A stretch of 64,000 bases of DNA from an uncultured Acidobacteriota bacterium (GTDB lineage Bacteria; Acidobacteriota; Terriglobia; UBA7540), in assembly GCA_963804995.1 (NCBI GenBank), contig CAWDSK010000006.1, positions 1,920,001 through 1,984,000 of the forward strand, given 5' to 3'. Positions 49,803 to 61,351 of this stretch are shown piece by piece. The notes below the pieces were generated by a model. That model saw only the letters and a program-made list of their open reading frames with translations, searched no databases and had not been told where the DNA came from. The position numbers and the translations under genes are program-made. How positions within the stretch are numbered: the first letter of the stretch is position 1; each line of letters opens with the position of its first letter.

Positions 49803-50804
49803 ATGGCAACAAAATCCGCAGCCGCATCAAAAAGAGCAGCAAAGCCGCAAACCGCCTTGCCAAGTCCGCGTATGGTGCCCGCCGGCGTGGTGGGCCTTGG
49901 CCTGATGGGTAGGAGCATCATCGCCTGTCTTCTGGCCGCCGGTCATCGCGTAGTGGGCGTGACACGGAGCCTTAAGCGCCGCAGCGATACGCGCCGCCGC
50001 ATCCTGGCCCTGCTGCGCGAGATGAAACACGAGAGGCTTTTCTCTGGAGACCCTGCCGCGGCCGTGAGCAGGCTTCAGTTGTCGGAAGACTTCTCCGCCC
50101 TGAGCATTTGCGGGATTGTAATGGAATCCGTGCTGGAAGACCTTGCGGTCAAACATGAGGTGATCCGCAAGGTGGAAGCCGTGGTATCGCCGGAAACTTT
50201 GATTGGAAGCAACACCTCCGCGCTGCCCGTCACCGAACTGCAACGCGGCGCTCAGCACCCGGAGCGCATCCTGGGCATTCACTGGGCCGAACCCGCTCAC
50301 ATCACCCGCTTCATGGAAGTCATCTGCGGAAATCAAACCAGCCCGGAGTCCGGGGAGCGCGTTATCCAGATGGCAAGGCGGTGGAAGAAGGAGCCCACCC
50401 TGGTGCGGCGCGACGTGCGAGGCTTCATCACCAACCGGATCATGTACGCCATGCTGCGCGAGTGCTTCCACCTGGTCGAGGCCGGCTACGCGACACCGGC
50501 GGACGTGGATCGTTCCTGCCGCAATGATTACGGCGTCTGGATTACCTTGGCCGGCCCCTTCCGGTACATGGATCTGACCGGTATCCCCGCGTATATGGCG
50601 GTGATGCGCGACTTGCTGCCGGACCTCAACTGCGACAAGGAAATCCCCAAACTGATGCGCGAAACCGTGGAGTCCGGCGCGCTGGGCATAGCGAATGCGA
50701 AGGGCTTTTATAAATACACCCCGGCGGAAGCCCGGCGCTGGGAGAAGAAATTCCTCAAGTTCAGCTACGACATTCGCGCCCTGGGGCAGAAGTATCACGA
50801 GTGA
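49803..50804 (+). CDS. 3-hydroxyacyl-CoA dehydrogenase family protein
   Basis: GLGLMG, ESVLEDL..K, GSNTSALP, GIHWAEP, GFITNR, GPFRYMDLTG, KGFYKY. Confidence 0.92.
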   Translation: MATKSAAASKRAAKPQTALPSPRMVPAGVVGLGLMGRSIIACLLAAGHRVVGVTRSLKRRSDTRRRILALLREMKHERLFSGDPAAAVSRLQLSEDFSALSICGIVMESVLEDLAVKHEVIRKVEAVVSPETLIGSNTSALPVTELQRGAQHPERILGIHWAEPAHITRFMEVICGNQTSPESGERVIQMARRWKKEPTLVRRDVRGFITNRIMYAMLRECFHLVEAGYATPADVDRSCRNDYGVWITLAGPFRYMDLTGIPAYMAVMRDLLPDLNCDKEIPKLMRETVESGALGIANAKGFYKYTPAEARRWEKKFLKFSYDIRALGQKYHE

Positions 50805-50828
50805 TTGGAAGGGCACAGCCCGCTTCTC

Positions 50829-50898
50829 ACCGCAGAGGCACAGAGACGCAGAGAAAAGGCATTAGTTTCGAATCTCTGTGCCTCAGTGTCTCTGCGGT
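50829..50898. repeat. Family R2 palindromic element
   Basis: ACCGCAGAGGCACAGAGACGCAGAG...CTCTGTGCCTCAGTGTCTCTGCGGT. Confidence 0.8.
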
Positions 50899-51109
50899 AT
50901 GCGGAAAGGGTTTTGGGGTTCAGGATTCAGAACTAACTGTAGGCTGTAAGCTGTTAGCTGCTTTCTGCGGCTGCCGCTGGGGCATCGGGCGTGATAAAAG
51001 TACGGTCAAGGCTGCACTTGTCTTTATACAAGGAGGGAAGCGGATTCAATCGAAAGTCGCAACTAATCCCGTTAAGCGTGCAGGATTGCACTCGAAGGGG
51101 AGAGGAAGG

Positions 51110-53224
51110 ATGTCGATGATTCGCCGCGCTTTCAGATCACTCATGCTACTGGGACTCTTCTCGGGCAGTGGGCTATTTGGCCAGACGCCACAGCCGCCCA
51201 TTGCGCCCAAAATTGAGCACCGCGAAACGCGCCACGGAGTCACCGTGGTCGACAACTATTACTGGCTTCGTGAGAAGTCGAATCCGGAAGTCATCAAATA
51301 TCTCGAGGCGGAGAACGCCTATACCGAGGCAATGACCAAGGCCTTGAAACCGTTCCAGAACGCGCTCTATGACGAGATGCTGAGCCACATCAAGCAAACC
51401 GATTTGAGCGTGCCCGTCCGGCGGGACGATTACTACTATTACTCGCGCACCGAGGAAGGCAAACAGTATCCCATCCAATGCCGCAAGAGGGGCAGTCTGG
51501 ATGCACAGGAAGAAGTATTGCTTGATCTGAGCGAGCTAGGGAAAGGTAAGAAGTTCGTCGGGCTCGGAGCCTTCGTCGTGAGCGACGATCAGAATCTGCT
51601 GGCCTATACGATCGACTACGTCGGCTACCGCCAGTTTAGTCTTCAAGTCAAGGATCTGCGGTCAGGCGCCACGCTCCCGGATACGGTGGAACGGGTCAAC
51701 AGCGTGGCCTGGGCTGCCGACAACCGGACCCTCTTCCTAACCACCGAGGACGCAGTAACCAAACGCGCGAACCGGGCGTGGCGCCATTTGCTGAGCCAGA
51801 GGGAATCCGAACCTGTTTATGAAGAAAAGGACGAGACCTTCAGGCTCGGCGTGCACAAGACTCGAGACAAGAAGTACCTGTTGCTGGCCAGCGAAAGCAC
51901 GGACACGACGGAGTTCCACTACCTGCGGGCCGATCAGCCGCAGTCCGAATTCATCGTTTTCCTCCCGCGAGAAAAGCAGCACCGCTATTTCCTCGATCAT
52001 CGCGAGGACCTTTTCTATATTCGCAGCAACAAAGGGGCGAAGAATTATCAGGTTTTCACCGCGCCCGAAAATGATCCCCATCCGAACAACTGGAAAATCT
52101 TCATCCCCCACGATAAGGAAGTTCTGATCGACAACATCGACCTGTTCCGGGATTTTGCGGTTTCGGTGGAGAAGTCGCAAGCGGTCAATCGCATGCGTAT
52201 CTTCGATTTTAAGTCGGGGAAGTGGAGCGCGATCTCCTTCCCTGAACCCGTGTATGCAGCATTTCCTGGCGACACGCCCGAATATGCCTCCCAGACGTAT
52301 CGCTACAGCTACCAAAGCCTGATAACGCCTGCAAGCGTCTTTGACTACGATACCCAGACTGGCAAGTCGACACTTCTGAAACAGCAGGAAGTGCCGGGCG
52401 GTTATGTTCCCTCTCAGTATGTCTCGGAACGCCGGTGGGTGACGGCGCGGGACGGCGTCAAGGTGCCGCTATCGATTGTCTATAAGAAAGGGTTCGAACG
52501 CGACGGCACAAGGCCGCTCTTCCTGTACGCCTATGGTGCTTATGGAATAGGCATGCCCGCCGCGTTTTCGAGTTCACGGCTGGTCTTGCTTGACCGCGGC
52601 TTGGCTTTCGTGATCGCTCACGTACGCGGCGGCAACGACATGGGTGAGCAATGGCGCGACGATGGCAAGCTGATGAACAAGAAGAACACGTTTAACGACT
52701 TCATTGACTGTGCCGAATACCTCATCAAGGAGAAGTGGACCTCCCAGGATCGTCTTCTGATAGAAGGTGGCAGCGCCGGCGGGCTGCTGATGGGCGCGGT
52801 GGTCAACCTGCGTCCGGATCTGTTCCGAGCCGTCCATCTGGCCGTGCCCTTCCTCGATGTCATGAATACCATGATGGACCCGTCAATACCGCTGACCACG
52901 ACCGACTACCCGGAGTGGGGCAACCCGAACGACAAGGCCTTTTACGAATACATCCTTTCGTATAGCCCTTACGATAACCTGCACCCAGCGGCGTATCCGC
53001 CGATGCTGCTCACGGAAAGCCTGAATGACAGCCAGGTCCCGTACTGGGAGTCGGCGAAATTCGTTGCCAAGGCGCGTACTCTAAAGACGGACAACAACCC
53101 GATCCTGCTTAAGATGAAAATGGATCCCGCCGGCCACGGCGGCGCTTCGGGACGTTACGACAAACTGAAGGATAATGCCTTCGAATACGCCTGGCTGCTC
53201 AGCCAAGTCGGCATTACCAAATAA
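51110..53224 (+). CDS. ptrB: Oligopeptidase B (S9A), secreted
   Basis: DNYYWLR, YLEAENAY, HVRGG.DMG..W, GGSAGGLL, EWGNP, DSQVPYWE, GHGGASGRY. Confidence 0.93.
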   Translation: MSMIRRAFRSLMLLGLFSGSGLFGQTPQPPIAPKIEHRETRHGVTVVDNYYWLREKSNPEVIKYLEAENAYTEAMTKALKPFQNALYDEMLSHIKQTDLSVPVRRDDYYYYSRTEEGKQYPIQCRKRGSLDAQEEVLLDLSELGKGKKFVGLGAFVVSDDQNLLAYTIDYVGYRQFSLQVKDLRSGATLPDTVERVNSVAWAADNRTLFLTTEDAVTKRANRAWRHLLSQRESEPVYEEKDETFRLGVHKTRDKKYLLLASESTDTTEFHYLRADQPQSEFIVFLPREKQHRYFLDHREDLFYIRSNKGAKNYQVFTAPENDPHPNNWKIFIPHDKEVLIDNIDLFRDFAVSVEKSQAVNRMRIFDFKSGKWSAISFPEPVYAAFPGDTPEYASQTYRYSYQSLITPASVFDYDTQTGKSTLLKQQEVPGGYVPSQYVSERRWVTARDGVKVPLSIVYKKGFERDGTRPLFLYAYGAYGIGMPAAFSSSRLVLLDRGLAFVIAHVRGGNDMGEQWRDDGKLMNKKNTFNDFIDCAEYLIKEKWTSQDRLLIEGGSAGGLLMGAVVNLRPDLFRAVHLAVPFLDVMNTMMDPSIPLTTTDYPEWGNPNDKAFYEYILSYSPYDNLHPAAYPPMLLTESLNDSQVPYWESAKFVAKARTLKTDNNPILLKMKMDPAGHGGASGRYDKLKDNAFEYAWLLSQVGITK

Positions 53225-53375
53225 GCTGGACGGGGTAGGATTGTAATTGCGCCGTTGGAACGCTGCTCATGCTCGCCCACAAACTCCATTTTGCGCCGGA
53301 ACAGCCGCAATTCGCGACCACCGACACCTATCGCCGCGGCGATATCGCAACTGCAGGCTATGTCTCGCGCGGCAC

Positions 53376-54746
53376 TTAGACTTGGCTGAAATCGATCATT
53401 TTGGGTTGGGTGCGAAAACCTCGGGTAATGATGGCATCATAGAGGAGCCCCACTCCGAGCGTCACCAACCCGAAAGCATTGGTTTTCCATGGCAGGTACA
53501 ACCAATCCGCCACGCAAAAGAGGAATGCCAGCGAGGGTGCAAGGGCATCCACTACCAGGCGCGATTTTCGGCCAACTTGTTTCAGACTATAGAATTGGCG
53601 CAGGCAGGCTAAATTAACCGCCCCATAGGTGAATAAGGCGACAGAAGAAAAGACCTCCAAAGCGCCCTCCCAATTAAGTGCCTGAGTGCCCAGGAAGGCC
53701 AGCATTCCAATGATCCCAATATTGTAAGCAGGGTTCGCGCGCTTGGGGTCGAGATGGGCAAAGATCTTGCGGGGCAGAATACCATCGCGCCCCATACTGA
53801 AAAGGAGGCGCGCCGAACTGACTTGGCCCGTGAGGCCGGTCCCGAAAAAATTTATGAGAAAACACGCCGCCATGGCGTTGAACAGCAGGACGCCGCCCAC
53901 GCGCCGGGCGATGTCCACAAAAACCGTATCGACATTTTGATAGTTCTGATACTCCGGCCAGACTTGCTGCGCCAGATACATTTGCAGCATCGAAAAAAGA
54001 CCTACGATGACACAGACCAACACAGTGGCCAACAAGACATTCCGTTTAGGATTCTTTACTTCTTCGGCCAGCGTCGTTACGCCGTCAAACCCCATGTAGG
54101 TAACCGACATGAATGCGATTCCCAGCGCGAAGGCGTGCAAATCAAAGGTATGGGAATCGTAAAACGGCTGGATGGAAACAAGTCCGTGCCAACCTTGCTG
54201 GTGGAAGATGTAACGGACCGCCAAGAGCATGAAAATGCCGAGGATCGAAGTCATGAGGAACATCAGAACTTTGTTGGCAAGGGCAGTCCAGCGGATCCCC
54301 AGCAGATTCACAAAAGTTATCAGACCGACCGCTAGTGCCGCTGCCAAAACATAAGGAAGTTCGGGGAGCAATCGATTCACAATCAGCGCAATGTAGATGC
54401 CGGAGGAAACCACCAAGATCATGTATTCGCTAAACATCGCCCAACCCACCACAAATCCAAGGTGAGGGTTCAACCCTAGCGAGGTGTAAGTGTAGGCAGA
54501 TCCAGCGGAGGGATAAATCGTCGCAAGTCGCCCGAAGCTGAGAGCCGTCAGCGCCATGGGAATCATGGCGGCAAGGAGAATGGAAACCGTGTGGCCGTGC
54601 GAGATGACTTGCGCGTTACCTAACTGTGGGGCGGGCGTGATGGAAGTGATGACCAGCCCGTATAAAATCAGGTCCCAAAGCGAGAGCGCACGTTTCAGGT
54701 GCGGCGCATCGCTCGTGGAACCTGCTGAAGCGGGATTTGATGCCAT
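53376..54746 (-). CDS. APC family amino acid/polyamine permease (PuuP-like)
   Basis: LKRALSLWDL, PSAGSAYTY, GFDGVTTLAEE..NPKR, ARLLFSMGRDG.LP. Confidence 0.9.
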   Translation of the reverse strand: MASNPASAGSTSDAPHLKRALSLWDLILYGLVITSITPAPQLGNAQVISHGHTVSILLAAMIPMALTALSFGRLATIYPSAGSAYTYTSLGLNPHLGFVVGWAMFSEYMILVVSSGIYIALIVNRLLPELPYVLAAALAVGLITFVNLLGIRWTALANKVLMFLMTSILGIFMLLAVRYIFHQQGWHGLVSIQPFYDSHTFDLHAFALGIAFMSVTYMGFDGVTTLAEEVKNPKRNVLLATVLVCVIVGLFSMLQMYLAQQVWPEYQNYQNVDTVFVDIARRVGGVLLFNAMAACFLINFFGTGLTGQVSSARLLFSMGRDGILPRKIFAHLDPKRANPAYNIGIIGMLAFLGTQALNWEGALEVFSSVALFTYGAVNLACLRQFYSLKQVGRKSRLVVDALAPSLAFLFCVADWLYLPWKTNAFGLVTLGVGLLYDAIITRGFRTQPKMIDFSQV

Positions 54747-54792
54747 GAGATATCCTGAGTATAGCTAAAATGTCACCATTGATCGAGAGTTG

Positions 54793-54880
54793 GGTGGTGG
54801 TGTCATTTGGTGTGGCACGGCCATCTTGGCCGTGACCCTTCACGGGCGGGACGCCCGTGGCACTTCCAAATGACACCACT
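54793..54880. repeat. Family R3 REP doublet (uninterrupted form)
   Basis: GGTGGTGTCATTTGG-TGTGGCACGGCCATCTTGGCCGTG...CACGGGCGGGACGCCCGTGGCAC-TTCCAAATGACACCAC. Confidence 0.8.
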
Positions 54881-55170
54881 ACCGAGAGTTGAAAAGGGGT
54901 GGTCGAACCCGCGTACCACGGCGCGCCGCGGGCGCTTTTCATCGCCTGCCCGATGGCGCGCAATTTGGACAGGCCGATTCGCGACCTGTCCCGCTTTGAT
55001 CGGGAACCAGCTTTCCCCCCAAACTGAAAAGTGGTAGCATCCGCGCTGGGCGCCACGGCAAGCGCCCTCAACAATTCGTGCCCGCCAACCTGTCCCGAAG
55101 GTTCGGATCGGAAGGCGGACTTTACGATTGCCGGCGCGATTGTCATCCAGTCTCTACGGAGGAACCAAGG

Positions 55171-56766
55171 GTGAAGCGAAAAGTGCGAGAAATGCTGGTT
55201 TGTGGAGGGGTTGCGGCGGTGCTGGCGCTGGCGGCATTTGCGGCTTTGGCGCCTGCCCAAGCCCCGAGTCCTAATCCCAACGTCCCTCCTTTCGGATTAC
55301 CTCGACTTCATTCGAAGCCCGCGCCCCCACCGCCGGTGGAAAACCCTACGCCGGGACACGTTCACATCATCCTTTGGTTTGATACGGAGGACTACATTCT
55401 GCCGCAGAGCGACGATGCCGCCAAACGCCTGGCCGTGTTCCTGACGCAGCAGGGAATCTCCGCGACCTTCAAAGTGGTGGGACAGAAGGCGCGCACGCTC
55501 TCGCAGCGGCAAAGGTTGGACGTAATTGGCGCCTTGTCCCACCACGACATCGGGTATCACTCCAACACGCACAGCCAGCACCCGACCGTGGCGGAATACG
55601 AGTCGACGCTCGACTGGGACACTGGCGTCGAAGAATTCACGCGTCGTGAACGCGCGGGCTATGACGATGTTGCTCACATCTTCGGAAAGGCTCCCGTGGC
55701 TTACGGACAGCCGGGGTCTTCCTGGGCGCCGCAGGTTTTCCCAGCGCTGCGTAAATGGGGGGTGCAGGTTTATCTCGACGAAGGCACGCAAGTCGGATTG
55801 AAAGGCCGCCCCTTTTGGTATGGAGGCCTCCTCAACATTTTTAACACGCAAGAGGGAGAGCAGCTTCATCCCAATCAGGACTGGTCCAATTTGGACGCGG
55901 CCAAGGCCAAGTTCCAGGATTTCTATATCCGCATGACCTCGCGGAAAGAGGGTGGAATCATCAGCTTGTATTTCCATCCCTGCGAATTCGTGCACAAGGA
56001 ATTTTGGGACGCCGTGAATTTCCGGGAAGGGGCAAATCCGCCCGAGTCGGAATGGCGGCTCCCTCCGGTGAAGACTCCGGAAGAGAGCGAGAGGTCCTTC
56101 AAGTATTTTGAAGACATGGTGGTCTACATGAAGACCTTCCCGCGCGTGGATTTCATCACCGCCTCCCAAGCGGCCAGCCTGTTTGCGGATCGCGCCCAGA
56201 AGCACGTATTTACCTCGCAGGAAATTGCCGAGATGGCGGGCCAGGTGGAGCCGGATGTGTCCTTTCAGGTGGGTGGACGCTTCAACCTCAGCCCCAGCGA
56301 GGTTCTTTATCTGCTCAACAAATTCGCGGCAAACATCATCAGGCACCAGGGCGCCGATCCGCTCTTCCTGGTGAATGGCACCCCCTACGGGCCCGCCTCG
56401 GCGACGGGGGAGCTTACGGCGAAGCTGGAAGTTCCCTGGAACCAGTTCGCGCGCACGGTTCTGGACGTCCAGGACGAACTGGACAAGACGGGGCAGATTC
56501 CCAATGCCATCTGGCTGGGCAGCCAACCCATTCCGCCGGAGAGCTATCTGGTTGGGCTGGCCCATACTACGGTGACACTTACCCAGCAAGGTGAAACGCC
56601 GGCGAGCGTTACTTTCGAGCCTGCCCACCTGGCAACTGCCCAGTACGTGGCTGAGGATTCCCCGGCACTGTGGGGCTGGATTATTTTCCCCCGCGGATTT
56701 CGTGCTCCCAAGCTCATGTCGCTCGCCAAATTGCAAGCCTGGACCTTAAAGCCCGCGCGCGAGTAA
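55171..56766 (+). CDS. Secreted polysaccharide deacetylase/NodB-like barrel protein
   Basis: LWFDTEDY, ATFKVVG, HDIGYHSNTHSQHP, YFHPCEF; signal peptide. Confidence 0.7.
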   Translation: MKRKVREMLVCGGVAAVLALAAFAALAPAQAPSPNPNVPPFGLPRLHSKPAPPPPVENPTPGHVHIILWFDTEDYILPQSDDAAKRLAVFLTQQGISATFKVVGQKARTLSQRQRLDVIGALSHHDIGYHSNTHSQHPTVAEYESTLDWDTGVEEFTRRERAGYDDVAHIFGKAPVAYGQPGSSWAPQVFPALRKWGVQVYLDEGTQVGLKGRPFWYGGLLNIFNTQEGEQLHPNQDWSNLDAAKAKFQDFYIRMTSRKEGGIISLYFHPCEFVHKEFWDAVNFREGANPPESEWRLPPVKTPEESERSFKYFEDMVVYMKTFPRVDFITASQAASLFADRAQKHVFTSQEIAEMAGQVEPDVSFQVGGRFNLSPSEVLYLLNKFAANIIRHQGADPLFLVNGTPYGPASATGELTAKLEVPWNQFARTVLDVQDELDKTGQIPNAIWLGSQPIPPESYLVGLAHTTVTLTQQGETPASVTFEPAHLATAQYVAEDSPALWGWIIFPRGFRAPKLMSLAKLQAWTLKPARE

Positions 56767-57103
56767 GCCGCTAGTCAATCCGGACGCGCCGGCGGTAGCG
56801 GTTCCATTTGCAGTAGAGGTGGCGCGCCAAGCGCTGGGGTAGTGTTGACAGGGGGATAAAGGGGTGGTGTTGATAGTGAATAAAACGATAATGCAGGCTA
56901 AAGCCCGGACGTTAGAAGTCCGATAGTCAACGCGAGGCTCGCTGGGGAACACCCCGCAAAGCCATCCGTAGGGACATATTGTCTCTTTTGAATATACAAG
57001 TATATGGAGAGATTATACAAATTATCATATTACGGGGGACGGGACAGGAGATTGAGAACTTGGTCGCATATTTATTTTCAGTGAGTTACATACATGCATG
57101 GTT

Positions 57104-57119
57104 TGGCCGTAAATTTGCG
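57104..57119 (+). promoter_or_regulatory. Candidate sigma54 promoter
   Basis: TGGCCGTAAATTTGCG: GG-N10-GC spacing, preceded by an AT-rich IHF-like stretch (TTTCAGTGAGTTA). Confidence 0.55.
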
Positions 57120-57309
57120 GGAAGTCAATATTCTGGTGCGTTTGTGGGCCAGACCTGTCCTATTTGGGTGAAATAACCATTTGGTTTGCAACCCCCCCAT
57201 GTTTTACCCGCCCTCGCAGTGGCAGCTTCTTAGCAGAAGTTTTTTGGTGTTGTCCGACCCTGTCCCGGAACCTCGGGTAGTTTAATACTGGTTTTCTTGA
57301 GGAGGTAGT

Positions 57310-60300
57310 ATGCGCATCAACCCGGCATTGAAGGCATTGCTTCTGGGTGTCGCAATCGGCCTTTTTACCGTCAGCCCCGTAAGGGCTGACGATGTTTATG
57401 GCAGAATCCGCGGTACGGTCACGGACCCCAGCGGCGCGGTAATTCCGAGTGTGCCTGTGACGGTCAGGAATGTTGACACCGGAGTCACGCGGACGACCAC
57501 GACGGCGACGGACGGCAACTACGAACTTTTGAATCTCCTCGCGCCGGCAATCTACACGGTCAGCGTCGAGCATTCCGGGTTCATGCGCTTTGAGGCGACC
57601 AACATTCACCTGGCGCTGACCCAGATTTATGTACTGAACATCAAGCTGGAGCTTGGCCAAACCACCCAGCGGGTCACCGTGGAAGCCGCTTCCGCGCAAG
57701 TCGAAAGCACCAGTATGCAACTGGGTGCAAACCTGACGGGGAGTTACATCGTCGACCTTCCGCTCAATGGCCGCAACTGGGTGGATCTTCAGACAGACCC
57801 TGCCGGGCGTAGTTTCATCCATCGACTTCGCGCACAACTTCTCCACCAGTGGGTCCCGCTCCCAGGACAACAGCTTCCTGGTCAACGGCACAGACGCTCA
57901 GGACCTCGCCTTGAACACTCCTTTGCTCACCGTCAGCCCTGATGCGATCGCCGAAGTGAGCATGATCACCAACACCATCAATCCTGAATATGGACGGAAT
58001 GGCGGGGCGATCATGAATGCGGTGACGAAATCCGGGACGAACCGATTCCACGGCGATGCGTTTGAGTTTTACCGCGACCCCTTCTTGAACGCGCGCAATT
58101 TCTTCCAGGCCAAACCTGCCCAGTTTCACCAGAACCAGTTCGGGGGTACCCTCGGCGGCCCGATATGGAAGAACCATACGTTCTTCTTCTTCTCCTATCA
58201 AGGCACCCGGAACCGCTCCCCGATCGCCAACGGCCGTGGCTTCGCGGGCCCCACTACCCCAGTATTCACAAGTGATCAGCTCAGCGGAATTTTCCCCGGC
58301 CTCGCCACGTCGAAGAAGAAGTCTCCTTTCGCGCTCCAAGGCGAGGATGGCAATACCTATCCGGCAGGAACACCGTACTCAACGCTCTTCCCGACCGGGC
58401 ACATGCCGGCGGCTGACTTCAATTCGGTTGCGGTCAACATGCTTAAGACTTATATGCCCCCCGCCAATCTGAATGGGGACACCTTTAGCTGGAATCCCAT
58501 CTCCACCAACAAGTTTAATCAATACATTAGCCGCATTGACCACAACTTCAGCCCCAAGGATTCGATCGCCGCCTACTGGTTCATCGAACAGCAGGCGAGT
58601 CAGGACGACGAGTCCTTTTATGGGGGCAGTGTTCCCGGGTTCGCCGAGCAACAGACCGCCCGGATCCAAAACATGAATGTGACCTGGAACCATACTTTCG
58701 GCGCGGCCATAATTAACGAAGCGCGCTTGGGGTACAACCGGTTCGGGTACAATACGGTGAACCCCGTGAAACCGATTCTACCCTCCGCACTGGGCTTTAC
58801 GGGGATCATTCCACAGAATGCCGCCGGTGCGGGGGCTCCTTGCCTTGACATGATCGACTATGAGCCGCCCGGGGCGGGCTGCACGCTGGGGTTCAGCCAG
58901 GACGGCCCGCAGCCCAGGATCGATCAGACCTATCACGTTACGGATAATTTCACCTGGCTGCACGGGAACCATACGATCAAACTAGGTTTCGACATGCGTC
59001 GCGCTGAGGTTTGGAACCCCTTCAACTTCCTTAACAACGGATACTTTCAATTCTATGGGAGCGGCGCTTACAGCACGGGGATTGACGGAGCGGATCTCCT
59101 GCTGGGGATTCCCGACGTTTACGTGCAAAGCAGTGGTGGCATTATCGATGCCAGAACGCGGGAATACTATGCGTACTTCCAGGATCAATGGAAAGTCCGC
59201 TCGAATTTGACCCTCACGTATGGGGTGGGGTGGCAAGACAATACTCCGCAGAACGACATCTACAATGGCGGCGTGGCCATCAATGCTTTCCGGCCCGGGG
59301 TACAATCCACGGTTTACCCGACAGCGCCCGCCGGACTGTTGTTTCCCGGAGATGCCGGCATCTCGACTTCCAGCTACAGCAACCAGCCTAAGCATTTTGG
59401 CCCCCGCCTGGGCTTTGCCTGGAGCCCGGATCAAGCGCGCAAGTGGAGTGTCCGAGCGGGCTTTGGGGTTTACTTCAACCAGATCGAGGAAGAGATCACC
59501 CTTCAAAACCTGCAATCGCCTCCTTTCTCATTGACGGACTATGGCATCCTGGATGTGGGGGGGACCTCCGCTTTCGCTACTCCTTTTACCGACATCCACA
59601 CGGGTCACTCGATAGCTAACAAATACCCCTTCGTCCCGCCCAAGACTGGAGACAAGTCGGTTGATTTCGGCTTCTTCCAGCCGATGGTGCTGAAGGTTTT
59701 TGATAAGAACCTCACCACCCCCAGCGCCTACAACTACAACTTCACGGTGCAGCGCGAACTGCCCGCCGCCACGATCCTCCAGGTAGGCTACGTGGGGCAC
59801 CAGGGGCGACACCTGTCGCAACGTTACGAGCTGAACCCGCCAGGACAGGCGCCGGGAGTTAACCCCGTCTGTGCGGCCGATCCCAGTTGCGGTTACGGAA
59901 CGATGGGTTTCACAGATCCTGGGACTTTCCGTTATGACCCCCTAACCTTCGCCTCGGTGGGGGTGCAGGCTACGGATGCAAACTCCAATTACAACGCGCT
60001 GCAAATCGCCATCACCAAGAAAACGACGCACGGGTTGGATTTTCAGTCGAGCTATACCTGGTCGCATTCCCTTGACACAACCTCCAGCCTTGAGAACACC
60101 GGCCGCAGTAGCTCGGCGCCCAACCCTTGGAACCTGGGTGCAACCTACGGCGACTCTGCTTACGACGCCCGCCAGCGGTTCGTCATCAGCTACGGCTATA
60201 CCATTCCTTCCATTCGGCAGTTTGATTCTTTCCGTGCGGTTCCCAGCCGCCTGGTGGAGGGATGGAGATTGGGTGGCATAACCGTTTTCCAAACCGGGTT

Positions 60301-60757
60301 CCCCATTGGTCTTTCTGACAGCTCCGATAACTCTCTTACCTGCTGGGCGTACACCAGCTATGGTTGCTCGGAGCGGCCGAATCTGGTCGGCCCGATACAA
60401 ACGTACAACCCGCGGACTGCCAATTTGATAAATTCTACACACGGCGCATCCACCCATGTCCGGACAACGTACTGGTTCAACCCCAATTCCTTTGCCCCCG
60501 AGACGCTCGGAGTTATTGGAAACTCGGGAGAGAACTTCTTCCACGGGCCCGGCCTAAACAACTGGACCGTGGGTATGTACAAGGACACCAAGATCACGGA
60601 GTCCACCAAGATCGAACTGCGCTTTGAATTCTTTAACTTCTTCAATCACACGCAGTTCACCAGCGTGGGCGGTGATATCAATTCCAGCACCTTTGGACGT
60701 GCCACCAGCGCCCGCGATCCCCGGCTGATTCAATTGGCCGCCAAATTCGTGTTCTAG
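57310..60757 (+). CDS. Oar-like TonB-dependent receptor (frameshift near 57795)
   Basis: GRIRGTVTDPSGAVIP, LPLNGRNW..L / TLPGV, EYGRNGGA, KSGTNRFHG, QDQWKV, R.EFFNFFNHTQF, IQLAAKFVF. Confidence 0.92.
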
Positions 60758-60782
60758 TCGATCGTAAGTTCTGGAATGATTA

Positions 60783-60820
60783 AGGGCGTCCCGATTAACC
60801 GGGGCGCCCTTGCTTTTTTT
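60783..60820 (+). terminator. Intrinsic terminator
   Basis: AGGGCGTCCCG-ATTAAC-CGGGGCGCCCT then TGCTTTTTTT. Confidence 0.75.
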
Positions 60821-61017
60821 GCTGCGACTATTTCTTGACCGCCCAATGCAGTCCGATTCCGCCAAAAATATACGCGCGAGTGTCCACCCGAGTGTATCCT
60901 CTCCGCTGCAACAGGGAAGAGAAATCCGCGATGGAAGCAAATCCACGGAGCGAGCGAGGTATGTAGGTGTAGAGGCGGGGACGTCCATGCAAGAGCAGGC
61001 CCCAGAAGGCTGGTGGG

Positions 61018-61208
61018 AGGTGTCCTTTGCGTGCCACGGGCGTCCGAAGGTGTGAAGAAATCGTCTAAAACCTTCTTACCGCAGAGACGCTGAGGCGCAG
61101 AGCAATGAAAATAAAGGTCCTTTTCTCTGCGCCTCCGCGCCTCCGCGGTAAAAATACTATTTCTTCACGCCTTCTCCCGCCCGTGGCACTTCCCAATGAC
61201 ACCACCAC
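61018..61208. mobile_element. Nested REP/MITE composite (R3 > TIR insert with TCC duplication > R2)
   Basis: GTGCCACGGGCG-TCC-[GAAGGTGTGAAGAAA...TTTCTTCACGCCTTC]-TCC-CGCCCGTGGCAC. Confidence 0.8.
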
Positions 61209-61351
61209 CGGCCGGTGCGTCGCGATGGCATCCCGCGCGGGCTTGTGGTACCATTTTTGCCGCACAATTGCTTTCCTCGCGCAACCCGCCTCCGCGGTGT
61301 GTTGCGGGTTGCCATCGGGATTAATGTTATGAGCTGAAAGGAACGTTTTAT

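Noticed and set aside
50801..51109. 103-aa N-terminal extension of oligopeptidase B
   Set aside because: It is read through repeat DNA; the ATG at 51110 has an RBS and begins a signal peptide.
54895..54925. tRNA-like GGTTCGA motif on the minus strand
   Set aside because: No cloverleaf or acceptor stem could be built.
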